Source of the DNA: Monocercomonoides exilis PA203
Taxonomy: Eukaryota; Protista; Preaxostyla
NCBI GenBank assembly: GCA_001643675.2
Contig: LSRY02000015.1
Location: forward strand, 806,001 to 870,000
DNA length: 64,000 nucleotides
Direction: 5' to 3'
Made by a program: the position numbers and the translations under genes. Below are positions 35,580 to 50,300 of this stretch, in pieces (within the stretch, counting starts at the first letter, position 1; each line of letters begins with the position of its first letter). A model generated the notes under the pieces. The model did not search any database. It was not told the origin of the DNA and worked only from the letters and a program-made list of their open reading frames with translations.

Positions 35580-36845
35580 ATGAGTTGTTACCATTCTCAC
35601 AAATCATGCTTACGCTATATTTTGCTCATTGCTATGTCTCTTATCATGAGTTTAATTGCTTGTGTGTATTTTGTCATTCAGTTTTTCAATGCTTTAAACA
35701 TTTTGATAGTAACGTATTTTATAAAGCCTGCTCAGCAATCTTTTTCTCCTCATTCAATAGAGATATCAAAGCATCACAATGAAAAGGAAACAGTTTCAAC
35801 TGCTGGAATGATGATATTTTCATTTGTTTCTTCAATTGTGTTTGCCTTGGCTTACATAATTTCATCTCAAGATAAAGTTACTGCGTTTTGGGGTTGCTTG
35901 CTCGCCTTTATCTTCGGTTTTGGATTTGACCAAGCAGTCACATTACTCTTGAAAGTCAGTGTAGGTCGTCTTCGACCTGATTTTCTTGAGCGTTGTAAAA
36001 TGAATGTTACAGCTTATCATGAAATGAGAGCACAACAAATCGCAGAATTTGGAGTTGAAACATCGGGGTATTACCCTTGTACGGGTGATGAAAAAGCTGT
36101 AAACGAAGGGCACATGTCATTTCCAAGTGGCCACTCTTCGACATCTGGATTTGCTGCTTGGTTCTGCGTTACGCTTTGCTTTAGCAGAGCTTTGAAAATT
36201 ACTCAATTTCTTAAAAATGAAAAGCATCAAAGAGTTTGAATATTCTTATTTTATTTTTTATTTTGTGAACAATTATTAATACATTAATTGTGTCCCTATT
36301 TCCAAATAACAATTTTCATTGCTCTTTCATAGAATAGACAAAAGCTATCACAAGTGACAGAAATTATTCCAAGCAATCAAGACGTATCGACTTCTCTTTT
36401 TCATTTGCAAGACGCGAATGAAAAAGGTCAGCATGAGCAACGAAGAGTGATTGATGCTTCCGTAGCTTCTGACATCGAAGCAAATAGCTCAGTTGCCATT
36501 GAAGTATCAAACGAGTGTTCATTAAATTGCAATTCCACAAAAGACACAAACAATGACATTAATCAATCAACCGAATGCTTCTCGTCATCCTCCGGCTCAT
36601 CCGCACCCCGCGATCGCCTTGACATCCGGCTGATCACCCCGTCTGTTGTGTATGTGACTGCTGTGGTGCTGTCTTTGATTCCGCTGGTTTTGTCGATGTG
36701 GATCGCAGCGACGCGGGTGAGCGACCACTGGCACCATCCGTCTGACTGCGTGTTCGGCTGGCTCATTGGCGTTGTCTCTGGCTTGTCGTGCTTTCCTGTC
36801 TTGTGGCTGTACGAGAGCGAGAGGAAAGAGGAAAAAATGCTGTGA
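35580..36845 (+). CDS. PAP2-family lipid phosphate phosphatase (DPP1/LPP-like), 2 exons
   Basis: C1 KVSVGRLRP, C2 SFPSGH, C3 TRVSDHWHHPSD, six hydrophobic segments. Intron 36234-36332 joins the two ORFs in frame. Confidence 0.92.
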
Positions 36846-39800
36846 AGTGTTGGTTGCGGTTTTATTTGACGGTGAAACGTTGGTCAAAGAGCAAGTTATG
36901 TTTGCTTGCTGATAGGATTACTGAGAAAGCTGAGTAATGTGGTTTTCAGAAGAAATTGAACGGATTTGTAAATAGCCATATTTTTTTTTTCATTTGAATA
37001 TTAATTATTTTCTGAATTTTCAGTGTATTGTTCAGTTGCGAAAGCAAGTTGTTTCTCTTTCTTAATTTGGAAGCTTGCTTTAAATTTCATTTTTTTCTTT
37101 TATTTTCTTTTTGTTTGTTTATGTTGTTTTTTTTTGTTAATCTTGAGCACATCTATTTTGCTCTTTACATATGGAAAAAAGAATATAAAGCATACGTTTC
37201 CAAAACGGAAAGAATCCATTTCAATTTTGGAGAACATGTGTTGCTTTTTATTTTATGGTTCATGATTTTTATGATTAGAAATTGACATGATTTTTGTTTT
37301 TTCTCTCTTGTGATGCTGAATGTTATAATTTTAAAAATGACTTTTTTTATAAGAAAATATGGAATGCTTTTGTTCGCTTTAATGTTTGTTCCTTCTTTAT
37401 TTTCTTCTTTTCTCACTTTTTTCCTGAATTCTTTTTTTTTAATTTTAGCATCAGTATCATGAAATATTTTTTTTAACAAATTATTTAAATTTTATTTTTG
37501 CTTTATTTTACAGTTATGTTTGAATGCAATTTATCACAACTCTCATTTATTTCTTACAAAGTTTATGATGTTGTTGAATTTCGAAATTTTTAAATAAATA
37601 AATAACAATTAAAATGATGTTTTTGTGAATTTTTCAACCAGTGTTAGGAGAGTTCATTGAAATGATTGAAAAATGTAAAATAAATGAATTTCTGATTTTT
37701 TTTAAATTGTTGAAGAAATGATACAAGTTTATCACAAGAATAAAAAAGTGTATCCTATCCCATACTTTATTTCTGACATCTCCGAAGATTTTAAAATGTC
37801 GTTTTTCTTTACAGTTAAAAACTAAATACTGTAATATGCAAATGTGTAGAATTTAATAAATACAGTAGTTTCTATTTCAGCTTTTATTATTATGATAGTT
37901 TTAAGATTGACGCATGTTTAAAAATTAGTATTTCCTGCTTTCTGGGCAAACAATGTTGTTATTTGGCACAAAAACAAGATAAACACATATTCATAATTAA
38001 TCGCTGATTGGATTTAATTTAGATAGCAATGAATCTTGCAAATTCCAATTTTATTATATCTGAGGGATTTCATGTTGCAAAACATAAATTCTTTCATATA
38101 AATGCGCAATTGAAAGAAGTTTCGTTTCTTGCTAAATTCTGTGTATTCATTCATCAAAATGAACAGTTTGTTGGAAATATTGAGAATTTTTCGTTGAATG
38201 TGGTGAAGCAATGATCTATGTGCGATCATTTTCTTGATCGAATTCAAAGAAAACAAGCGAATTGAGAACGTAACAAAAAATAATGTTATGGAATTAGCAC
38301 AAGTGAACTAAATTGATTATGAATCATGCGTTCTTAAACTTTTTTCTTTCAAACAATACAAACACAGAACAATTACATCTAAAACATGTTCATCGAAAAC
38401 TATCTTCTTGATATAAAATAGCATAAGCAACATTTTGCGTTAATAGCATAAAGAGCACACTGCACAGTGATGACTTCGAATGCTTTCAATAAATTAGAAT
38501 GAATTATTTTTCAATTACTTCAACAAAAGGAAATCATTCAATAATTCATAAAAAATATACTTGTAACAAAGTTTGCAATACTAATGCTAGTCGTAGTAAT
38601 TGAATAGTTCGCTATCCAGATTGTGAAATCGAAATTATAATTTATGAAGAACAAACTCGATCCAGATTTATCATTTCTTCTTTGAAATGCATTGTCTTCG
38701 AACGAAATCTGAACATTTTGCGATTAAAAAAGCATATTCATGGCTCATAATTTTCAAAAGTCATATTCGGAAATTCAACTGTGAAAAACGATAGACAACT
38801 ACATAAATACCATCAGCTTTCAAAGAAGAATTGATTTTCTCGTAAAGCAGATATGATAATATAATATGATCAGAATCTATCGAATGTTATGCGGGGAATA
38901 AAAAACTATTTTGGAAACTATAAAAGACAAGCAAACTCAAAGACAAATGCATAAAGGATACTCGATCAAAACGCGAATGCCTCTTTTAATTACAATTATG
39001 AAACAATCCATTTTGTTATCAACTGTATCGTTTAAAAACTCAGCAAATGCTGTCATAATCCATTGATGACTTAGAAAACATTATAAATAAGTAAGATTCA
39101 CTGTGGGAACAGGATCGATTAAGATCAACAGAAAAAAAGGAGATGATTGGTTGGCAATTCGATCAATGGTTGATCTTGATAGTTAGGCAAAATGCTGAAC
39201 ATGAATGGTGAGTAATCGAAAAAGTTCTCACAAGCTATAAATCCATTGCTCGAATGAAAATATTCAACATTGGATTCATTCTGCAGTCAGCAAGATTCAA
39301 AAAAACATTCAAAACACAAAATTCAATATTTGTGACTTTCAATCGATGGATAGAATACAAAGTGCAAATAGCACGATATTTCCTTTAGTCGATGTGCATA
39401 TATGTAATGAGCCACAAAAATGAGAAGAAATGGTCTTTTGAACCTTCTGGTTGGAATAAAAAAATTGACAAAAACGTAAGATAAAAATTTTAATGATGGG
39501 CTTTGGATCACTCAATCCAGTAAATCAATTTTTTGAAGTATGTCATGATAAAATAGGTATGAAATGTGTTGCTTCCATGCTGAAGTTGATGTTTGTAACT
39601 GATAAACCGTTTATTATAAATATTTCATCAGGAACTGCAGGTTTCCAGATTCAGATGAAGGGTGAAGTTAATGAAAATTGTTAGACGTTGCCAAAAAAAA
39701 CAGATAGAATGTTTCATGAAAGATGCAATTGCGAAAGAATGCACTTTTAATCGTGATTTATCGAATGGATGATTTGCTTTAAAAAGCTAAACAGCAAACC

Positions 39801-41368
39801 AATGATTGACCAAAAATTGAAAATTTTAAGAATAGAAAATTTTTCTCTGACTTAGCCCTCCCATCTTCCAATAAAAACTTTCAAAGTCTATTAGATACAA
39901 ATGACCTTAAAATCGGAGTTTTTGGCATCGTCCCATCATTTCTGAAGAAATCGATCAAAGTTACAGAAAAATAAGTTTACGGAATATGAAGAACTTGTAC
40001 AACGTGTATTTCAAGGAAAATTTCGTCAAAGCAAATTTAGCATTGTTCTGCGCTCAAGAAAGAACGTAAGCAATCGGCAAAGACATGAATAATCATTCAA
40101 ATTATCAAATGCAGAAAATAACGATCCGGCATAGGAATAAATGAACAATAATTGGTAATCCAAAAAGAAAATGAGCAAAAAATGTAAGCTTATTGGAACA
40201 ACATTGTAAAACATTCCAAAAAGGAGGAAACTGATTTTTTTTGAGATTTTTACTCAAAAGGTAGGAATGTTAAGTGGTGCATTGCCTGTGTCAGATTTAT
40301 CATAGAGATTCAATGGAAATCGTGAATCCTCTTTTGGTTTGAAATTCTGAAATATTAAATTTGTGAAGATATTCATTTTATATTGCAAATAGATTGTTTT
40401 TGCAAAGTCAATTTGTTTGATGCTGTGACTTGATGAAAGAAGGGTATAATTTTTGTTCGTACAATTGAATTATCGGAAAAATCCAGAAACCGAAGAATTA
40501 TCGACTGTATCGCGCTCTTCATCGAAGTTCATAATGTAATTATATATTTTGTGCTGCGAATGATTGTAAAATGTTATTGTTTTGTAAATTTACAGTATCT
40601 ATTTTAAGAAAAAATGTTTTGTTAAATTTCTGAAGATAAAGCCTTCAAATCAAATTATAGAGTTGGATATACCTTGAAATGTGTTTTGTTTCATATTTTT
40701 TGCGCTTCAGCTTAATATTGCTCGTACGTGCATTGTTGCAAAGATGACTTGATGAAAGAAACCAAAAGTTGCTTAAAAATTGCGAAAATCGCCTCATGTG
40801 TAATCAGATCGATAAAATAGAATTATTAAATATTTCTATGTTGCGAACAGAGAGTGAATCGAAAAATTACCGATTCAAATTTTATGAAAAACATGTCACA
40901 TGATTTGTGGCATCGTGATGATAAATTTGACAATGATTAGTGCAGTATGCAATACTACAGATGAAAATATGCTTAATTACAAAAGTCAAAGCAGGATTCA
41001 TGAGTATATCTTCCAAAATTCAAATTTTGAGTTTACCATTAATTTATAATGCAGCCATAACTTTCAAAAATAGTCTTGGAAGTTGGATCTTAAGCTTCTT
41101 TTCTTCATAGAATGATCAAGAAAGACTGGAAATTAGGGTTGAGAAACATTGGACATGTTTGAAAATTTTTTCCAAATACATTATTTAAACATATGAAATA
41201 TTTGGAGACAAAAATAAACAAATGTCAACGCCGAAAACTATCAATAATGAACTTATAGTGTGAATTATTTAATTTGAAATAATATTTTGTTTAATCTTTG
41301 AATTATTTTTTATGCTTTCTTTCCTTGAAATATCCAACACTTTGATCATAAAATTTTGTTAGAACTTT

Positions 41369-44300
41369 ATGGAAGATTCTCATTCCAATGTTACCTGTGA
41401 TGAAAGTGAAAATTGTGAATTGACAAATAATATGAGTTTTTTGCAAAATATGCAAAATGGCTCCATTTGCAATGATCCTTGTCAAAGCACTGATCCAGCA
41501 TTAAAACCTTCTACAGATGGACTTTCAAGATGCGCTGTTCCACTACAGTCAAATACTATGAGCACTCTTACGCAACCAACACAAAATTTACAAGTCGCAT
41601 CACCCGGAAGCGAAGAAAGTGAGAATTCGACTGAAACACACGAGATCCATCGATCCATCGATAATACAACTGCATGCTCATCCGAAATTTTATCAACAAC
41701 CGATTTCAAAAGCAATAATGACAATTTGACAAATCTTGCTAAAGATAATGAGGAAACTTCATCAAGCAATCAATCACAACAAAATTTTGAAGAAACCGCT
41801 CAAACAAGCACGCCTTGCATTCAGTCTAATGATACACCTGTTAGTTCGCGCATAATTAACGTTAGTACTCCTTCTTCCACATCCCGAAGTGATCTTTTAT
41901 TTGAAGATCATTTTTTCACTCCTCTTACAAATCATACAGAAAGATCCACGTTTGAAACACCCATATGCAACAGACTTAGCCCCACTTGTGACAGAGTCGT
42001 GCAATGTGAAGACCAAAATTGCATTGAAAAAGCAGAGCCTACTCAAACACCAAGCAAAAATGCATCATCAACATTAGGTGCAAATTTGCAGACTGAAACA
42101 CACGAACAGGAAATTGAATGCGATCGGGCTTGTTGTGAATTGCAGGAAAATGAAAAGGAAACTGGAAAAGAAGACGAAAAAATCACATCTGAGAATTGTC
42201 TGGAGTCAAGGGAAGAAAGTAAAGCATCTGCTGAATCGAGGCTTTCACAAGAGAAAGAGCCAGCGCAAGAGCAAGAGAAAAAACAAGAGCAAAAACAAGA
42301 GCCAACGCTTGTGGAAACGAAGGAAACGCGGGAAATTAGGAAGAGAATGAAGACTCACACAGCATTTCTGGAGCGCCATGCAGGTCAAAATGGAAGCAAG
42401 ATTGAAGAAGAGCTGTTAGAAAATGAGGAAATCTTTGATTTGGAGGTATTTGCAAGTGAAATCACATGGACAGAAGCCCCGCTGCCGATTTCAATGGAAG
42501 TGGAATTGATTATGCCGATGCCTATATCAATGCCTATGCCTTTGTCTGTTCAAGTCCCGACGCCTCTGGAGAGTGAGGAAGAAGCAAATATCAGCAGCGG
42601 CAATAGAGACGTTATTAACAATGGCTGTGAAGATAACAGTATGAGCAGTTTATGCAAAGAGCCGTCGGAAATTCTGGCTCTGAACAGCTTCACAAGCACT
42701 GGCTTTGAAGGAGCCGGTGGCAGCTTGGATTTCTGTGGAGCGCAGCCTGATATGGGTAGGCCTGATGATCTTCCTGTTGTTATTGCAGAGGAAGGAGTAG
42801 AAGAATCAAATGAACCGTTTTTAGCAGATTCGCATTTGACGATTCAATCGGAAAAAGAAATTCGTCAAGTGTTTGATACTACTGATACACAAAACGACGG
42901 CAGATATTCTATTCTTTCTGGCACAGCACTGGGAACTGATAGAACATTTGAAGAACGCTTTCCAACGCTCTCTCGTCTCGTGCTGCCTGACGAGCAAACT
43001 GGAGTCACAAGTTCAGCTTCAGAGCCTTCTTCTAACTCTGTGTCTACATATGCCTCTTCGTATTCTGAAGCCGAGAACACAGAAAGAGAAGGTGACTCTT
43101 TATCGCCTTCATTAATGGATGGATATTTGAAGAGTACGCCATTGCCGATAAGTCCGATATTGGATGTGACGAAGCATGATAAAAGTGTGTTTAGAGATTT
43201 GGATTATTACTGCGAAAGGATTGACGATAATGAACTGAAAGAAGGCAAAGAAAAAGAGGATGATAAAGAGAAGCGTGTGTATTCAGACAGAGATGAATGC
43301 AAATATGACGATGATGACGACGATGACGATAAAGAGGACATGTTCTCTGAAATGATATCAAAAAGCAAAAAGCAAAATGTTTTCACATATTCATCTTACA
43401 CAGATGGTAGTTCCAAAGAGAACGATGATTATAATAAGCATGGACTTAATTCTGAAAAGGAAGAAGAATGGACGTTTCTTCCAGACAATTTGGATATGCA
43501 TGCATCCGACGGCGTTCAGCGCTTAATCGGCAAAGACGGGGCAGCAAAAAGGTATGAAAGTGAAAGTTCTTATACACATTTTTCAGACACTTACAACATG
43601 GAGAAGTATGAAACCGGAGCAGGGATTGGTTTTGACGTTGAGTGTATCAAATATTATTTGAGTGATTGCGAAGAAGAATCAGAAGCAGAGCAAGATTTGG
43701 TTGTTATTCCATTTAAAATGAATGGCAGAGGAAAGCAGAGGAATTGTGAAGCTATTAAAAATTCAAAGAATGAGATGAGCAAATTGTTGCAGACTTCTTT
43801 GAAGTTTTTGATGAAAAAGACTGATTTGAATAAAAAGTGTTTCAGGAATGAAGAAAGCAAAGAAGAAGAGGAAGATGATGATGAAGATGAAGATGATGAC
43901 GACGACGAAGGCGAATTGTTTGCGCAAATACCATTTGGTGATTATTTTAAAGATGAGAAGGTGAGAAGAGAAGAATATGAATGTGTTGGGAAAAAGCCTA
44001 TGGAGACTGAGGCAAAAATGTTCCTTGGAAAAGAAAGAATAATGCAAATAAAGCGCATTTCAGGAAAACGTTTCAGATCAGATATGTCAAGCGATGAGGG
44101 AGATGAGGATGAGGAAGAGGATGATGAAGAAGATGATGATGATGATGACGATGAGGATGACGAAGACTATGATGACGATGAAGAGGAGGAAGAAGAGGAA
44201 GAAGAAGAGGAGGAGGAGGAGGAGGACACCTCTGATAGCACATACAGCGAAACTGAAAGTGGAAGCAAAAGCGAAGATGATTACAGTTTCAAGCGCAAAA

Positions 44301-47300
44301 GACATCGAAAGTTTTGCTTCAAATGTCCTCTCAGAAAATTGACCAAAAAGACCAGACGAATTTCGATTAAATCAGCCCTTTCATTGCCAATTTTGAAGAA
44401 TGATGAGGTTGAGAAGAAAGAAGAGACAGCAGATACGAACGAAGAGAAGAGCGAGCCATCGAGCAATGAAAAAGAGGCTTCTCAATCTCCTCTTCTTCCA
44501 TCGTCTTCACAATCTTTGCTGTGTGATACAACCAATGAAAACAGTGACAAAAGCATCTGTCATGATGATAACAAAAAAATTGATAATGATAATGGCAATG
44601 ATGACAATGCTGATAACCCCAAGCTATTTCGCTCTGATTCTTTGCCTTGTGCTGCTCCGTGGCGCTTGGCACGTGCTGTGGCTTCTCCAATTCATGTTGC
44701 TTTCACTGGGACTGGTCAAACAACAACAGCAGCAGCAGCAACAACAACAGAAACAAATACTCAAAACAACGCAAATGCCAATGAAAATAACAACAATGGA
44801 ATTAATGTTAATGTTAACAATAACGCAAACATAAACAATCAGAACCCAGCCGATGTTCAGCCCAATCAACGTGTTCAGATCGCACAGCTAGTTCAGCCTG
44901 ATCAGCCAATTCAACAAGTTCAGCAAGTTCATCCTGTTCAGGTAATACAACCAGCTCAAGCTACTCTTAACACACAAGCCACACAGCCTATTCAATCAGC
45001 ACAGCCGATGCTATTCACACAGCCAACGCAGCCGTCTCCTCTTCAGCATCCGCTTAACGAGACTCCTTTGAACACAGCTGGCCCGCAGCTGTTATCGGGT
45101 TTTGGATCGCCTTCCTCAGAATTTTCGCAGAACTCTCCAGAAATTGCTGCTTCAGACGGAGTTTTGAACGGTGCTATGTTCTCCAGTCCATCCGGATTAA
45201 GTTCACCTGCTATGAATGCATCATCAACCTGTGGCACAGTCAGACCAACTCTTCTCAACGCTGATTCGAACCAGCCATCGCCTGCAAGCTCCGCAGCATT
45301 CGCCTCTCCTTCTCCTTTCCTCTCTTTTTCTATGACTGCCACGCCTGCCTCAACTGAATTCTCTCCGCAGCCGCTCGTTATGTCTGAAATAACGCCTCAA
45401 CTGGTTGCATCACCAGCATTGGTGCCAGCACTGTCTCCATCCATTTTCTCAATGCATCATCAACAACAGCAACAACAAAACCAACAAAATCTGCGGAATC
45501 AGCAGAACCTGTTCCATCCTCCAAACGCTCAGCAGCTGTATTCACCTCCTCCTTCTCTTCCTCTTTCTCTTCCTCAGACTCGTTTACAGATAGCAGAGGC
45601 AGTGTCAATACCTTCGTCTTCTCAAACAGCCTTTGTGACTTCAAACATGCGTCCATTCCCTGCTGTTGAGGGAGCTTCTGCATCTGCAGCTCCGTTTCCG
45701 CCTCTGTCTTCTTCTTCTTCCTCTTCCTCTTCTTTGTCTTCATCGACTGCACAGGGTAGTCTACCATCGCTGCCGTCGATGATTTGCGCTGCTTCCAGTT
45801 CTAATCAAAGTTCAACTGCTTCCGCTTCCTCTTCCGCCATTGCTGTTGGTTCTGACCTGAATTATGCCTCAAATCAAAATACAAATGCAAATACAAATTC
45901 AAATAGCAGTGTTAGCACAAACAGATCTCCTTCTCCTCCTTGTGCAGTCAATCTGAATGTTCATTCTCCGCAAAGCTCATTCAATCAGTCTGCTCGTTCA
46001 GAAGGAAATGGAGCAAGTATCAATTTCATCACTCAGCCAGCCACAGAAATCAATCCAAGCATAAGCAGTGGAAACAGTGCAATGGAGAATGCTCAAAGAC
46101 TTATGGATCATTCTCCACAAATTGCTCAGAATTCATTTGGCGCGATGGGCGTACAGTCTTCGCCTAATGCAGCTTCGGTTTTGTCTTTGCCTTCTGCTTC
46201 TCCCTCTCTTTCTTCTTCTTCTTCTTCTTCTTCCACACCTTCTTTGTTTTCTTCATCTTCCTCTTCATCTTCATTTGCTTCATCATCAATTGGCTTTTCT
46301 AGTATAAAGCCGTCGGATATTCTTCCTTTCTCGCCAAGATCTCAGTTTCCAAATTACAACGTTACTCATCAATTTCATACGTCTACAGATCCTTCTTCTC
46401 CAGTTACTCCTTCCTCTCCTTTAGTTCTTTCATCGTCTCCTTCTCCTCCTTCTCCTTCTCCTTCTCCTTCTTCTGTTCTTTCATCTGGTTCATCTCCGCT
46501 TTATCCTTCCTCTTCGTCTTGTTTATTGTATTCTTCTCCTTTAACCTCATCAACAGCCTCAGCTTCATCAGAATCACCAGAAAGCCAATCTTCCTTTGAT
46601 TCTTCCTTTTCTTTTGCAGACAAAGCCGTATTGAAGTTCGCCCCGTCGCATTATTCGCTTCCTGTTCCGTTGGGCTCCAAATATCTTCCCTTGTTCACTC
46701 TCAAGCCCACCTCTTCATACGCCATGTGTTCCTCTTATTCAGCCACAAACACCACGTTCTCTGATCAAGCTTATGCCCCATGCGGAGCAGGGACGATGAC
46801 GCCAAAGGCGATTGCGCTGACTCATCTGCGCAAATTGAATGAAAGATCACTTCCGCTCCAGTTTTCGATTGCCGCCACGATGAAAGTTGTGCAGGTGCCG
46901 CCTACTATTGTTGGGTTTGTTGGGTGCGATGGAAAAGAAGGAGGAGAAGAAGGAGAAGGAGAAAGAGAAATGGAAAGAGATAGCGAAAGTGAAAGAGAAC
47001 GGAAAAGAAAACAGAAGAGAAAGAGGAAGTCTGAAGGAGAGAACGAAAGAGAAGAAGAAAGTGAAAATGAAAGTGAAAATGAAAGTGAAAACGTGAGTTT
47101 GCAAGTATCTCCAGTCAATCTGAGTTTTGGTGGTGGCATAATTGCTCCTCCATCTCCAACTGATTCTTCTTCTGCCTCTGATTCGATGTTGGTTTCGGAC
47201 TTATCATTAGCTTCTGAAACTGCGTCTTCTTCTTCTTCTTCTTCTGTTTCTGTTTCATCCTCTTCTTCTTCCTCTTCTTTGCCTTCATCTTCATCTTCTT

Positions 47301-50300
47301 CCTCAAAGCGGAGTCGGAGGTGCCAGCCACTTCTGCTGCTGGAAGAAGACATGTGCCACAAGCGCAGCGCCATCGCGCCTTTCTTTGCGACGTTCTCTTA
47401 TTTCAATATTTGCCAGGGAGCACACTCAAAAATCACAGAAGCAATAGACACGTCTGCATACGATGGAAGACTCGACCCAGAAAGAAAGGCGTCGAAGGAC
47501 GAGAAACTGGTGGGACAGCTGCTGGAGACGGTGCGTTGCCTGCAGAACGAGATCAAGCAGGTCGATGCCTCACAGTCAGAAGATGATGAAAAAACAGAGT
47601 TTGAAAGGAAATCGGCGTATGCTGCATACGAAGCAAGCATGAATTACTGCCCCATTTCTGATCAAGCGGACAATTTTGGTGTACCTGAAAGAGAATTTAT
47701 GAGCCCTTATGATGAAATGTCGCCATTGACACGTGCTGCTTCAAGCATCCCTCGCTTAACTGACATGGAGCCCTCTGCAATTGTTTCTGAGCTTCACAGA
47801 AGAATCAAAGCGAACGGCAGATTCGACGAAAGGAGTGTGGAGACAGTGGTGTGTGAGTTCATTGCTGAGTCTGCCGATCTGCAAGATGGAGAGCTGGCTG
47901 CGCTGTTTGCCTGTCCGGACTGCCCCCAATCGATTGGCCAGTTGCACACTCAAACAACAACAGAGGGAGAAGCAGCTTTTGCTGAGGTATCGTTATCTTC
48001 ATTGCCTTCAGCAGCAGCATCATCAACAACATCATCATCATCATTATCAATTGTTTCCTCAGAAACAGATTCTGCCTCCTCCTCTTCATCGTCCTCGTCA
48101 CAGCTCGTCTCAGCCTTCTCTTCCATCATGTCGATGCTGATCACTCTTCTCGCCCGCTCTTCCAAGCAGCAGTCGCTCGAAGCCAAACGAGCACTGAAAA
48201 TACGCTTGCCCCCTGCGCTGAATCCAAATGAACAGTGTTTGACTGCCCTTGTCTTCTGCCCAAACCGCCTTCATCCGCTTTTTGTGCACTCAACGCGTCA
48301 GATTCTGAAGGCGAAGAAGATTCGGCAGGACTTGGTGAGTTATGTGCACAGCCCTGAATACTCGTTGAGATGTGTGTTGGACAACATTGAATGCCTCCCC
48401 TTTCCACATAACGTGCATGGCTTTGTCTATGGATTGGATATTGTGACGGTTCCATGCAATTCATCATCGTCTTCTTCTTCCTCTTCTTCTTCCTCAAGTA
48501 CTTTGCCGAATCAACCGCAGTTGTGTGAGCCCCGTGCTTTCCCCTTGATAAACCTTCCAAACGACTTCCTCACTTTGCACGAGCTGTTCTGGCGGCTGCT
48601 GCTCGATCTTCCAAAAATCGGCGGAATGCGAATTATTCCGTTCTCTGCAGCTGTCGCCGCACTGGGAGAAACAGCAGCGTGGGAGCTGATGCAGACGTGT
48701 GCGCTAATTTGGAGGCTGTCGGGTGATTTGGAAGAGCTGGAAAGAGTTGATGGAGATGACTTGTTTGTGGCGGAGGATGATGAACTGGAGATGGAGTGGG
48801 AGTGTTGTGGTGGGTTGGAAGAGAAGGAGAAGAGAGAGACAGAAATGGAAATGGAAGCGGAAGATGAAGAGAGCATGAAGGAGAGTGTGGAAGGAGGGAT
48901 GGATGAAGATAGCTGTCGGATGGATGCTGAAGAAGAGGAAGCAGAAGTGAAAGTTGTTGAAGATGTTGAAGGAGTCGATTGCGATATAGGAATGGAATAT
49001 GATGAGACAGTGGGTGAGAGAGAAGAAGAAATGGATGTGGAAAGAGGAAAAGAGGAAAAGGAAGTGGAAAAAGTGAAAGAAATGAAAGAAAGAGAAGAGA
49101 AAAAGCGATATGAAAAGGATAAGCGTAAATATGTTAGAGAAAACGAAGATGATGACGACGAAAGCACAGACCCCACAGCGAAGAGCCACAAAGGTCTGAT
49201 GCAAATTCTCAGCACATTTATCAAAAACAACGCAGATTGTGAAAACTCATCCGCCACTGCAAACAAAAGCGAAAGTCGTGTTTTTCAGCTTTTGTGGGCG
49301 ATTACAGCGAGAATTGACAAGCTGAAGAAGGTTAATGTGAAAGACGGCTGTTCTTCTAATTGGGTGGAGTGGTCGGCTGAGCATCTGACCAGAATTGTTG
49401 ATAGGGCGATGGAAGAGGAAGAGAAAGAAGAGGAGGAGGAGGAGGAGGTAGAAGAAGAGGGTGTTGAGGAAATAGAAGGAAAAAAGAAGGAAGAAGAGGG
49501 AAAAGGAAAAGAAAAGAAGATGAGTACAGTTTCCGGTGTAGATTTTAATGGAAGTGAGGTGTTGTGCAGTGCAAGAAGCACTGGTTCTTTTGATATTTCT
49601 GTTTTGGATGGACAAGAATCTGGTTGTGGCTCTTCTTCTTCTTCTTCAAATTCTTCAGATTCTTCTTTGCGTTTATGTTCGCGTTCATTGTCACATACAT
49701 CATCATCATCATCATTGTCTTCTTCTTCTTCTTCTTCTTCTTCTTCTTCTATATCATCATCATCAACCCAACCCGATTCTTGTCCCTCTTCGCAATGCGA
49801 ATTCCCACCAAGCATCACAATTCCCCTGTCAATCTGTCGTTTATTCGGTTTTAGTGAGGAAGAGACTTCTCTTTCCTCGCCGTTTCGTTCTGCCTCTACA
49901 GCAGCTGCTCCTTCGGCTCATTCACCTTCAGCCAAGCCATTGTCTGCAGAGCCTTCACATTCATGTAGTCAGCTTCCCCCATTCAACCCCTTTGCGTGCT
50001 CGTTTTCTCATTCAGGCCCCAGTTCATCTGTTTGTTCGCGTGCTTATTCAAATGTTCGTCCTTCTTCCCTTTCTTCTTCCCTTTCATCTTCGTGCATGTC
50101 TTCATATGCATCGACAAATGTACCGTTTGCCCAACCCGCAGCACAGCAAGCTGGTTCGAATCCTTTTTGCCCTGTGACTTCACAAACACCAATGCATTCA
50201 CCATCATCATTGGCATCAACATCTGCTTCTGCTTCAGCTTCGGTTCCTTCATCAAATTCCTCATTGAATTTATCATCAACGTCAATGCCAATGTCAATGC

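Noticed and set aside
37500-41300. Long AT-rich interval with traces of decayed coding-like sequence
   Set aside because: No motif or sustained frame I could assign; needs a translated profile search.
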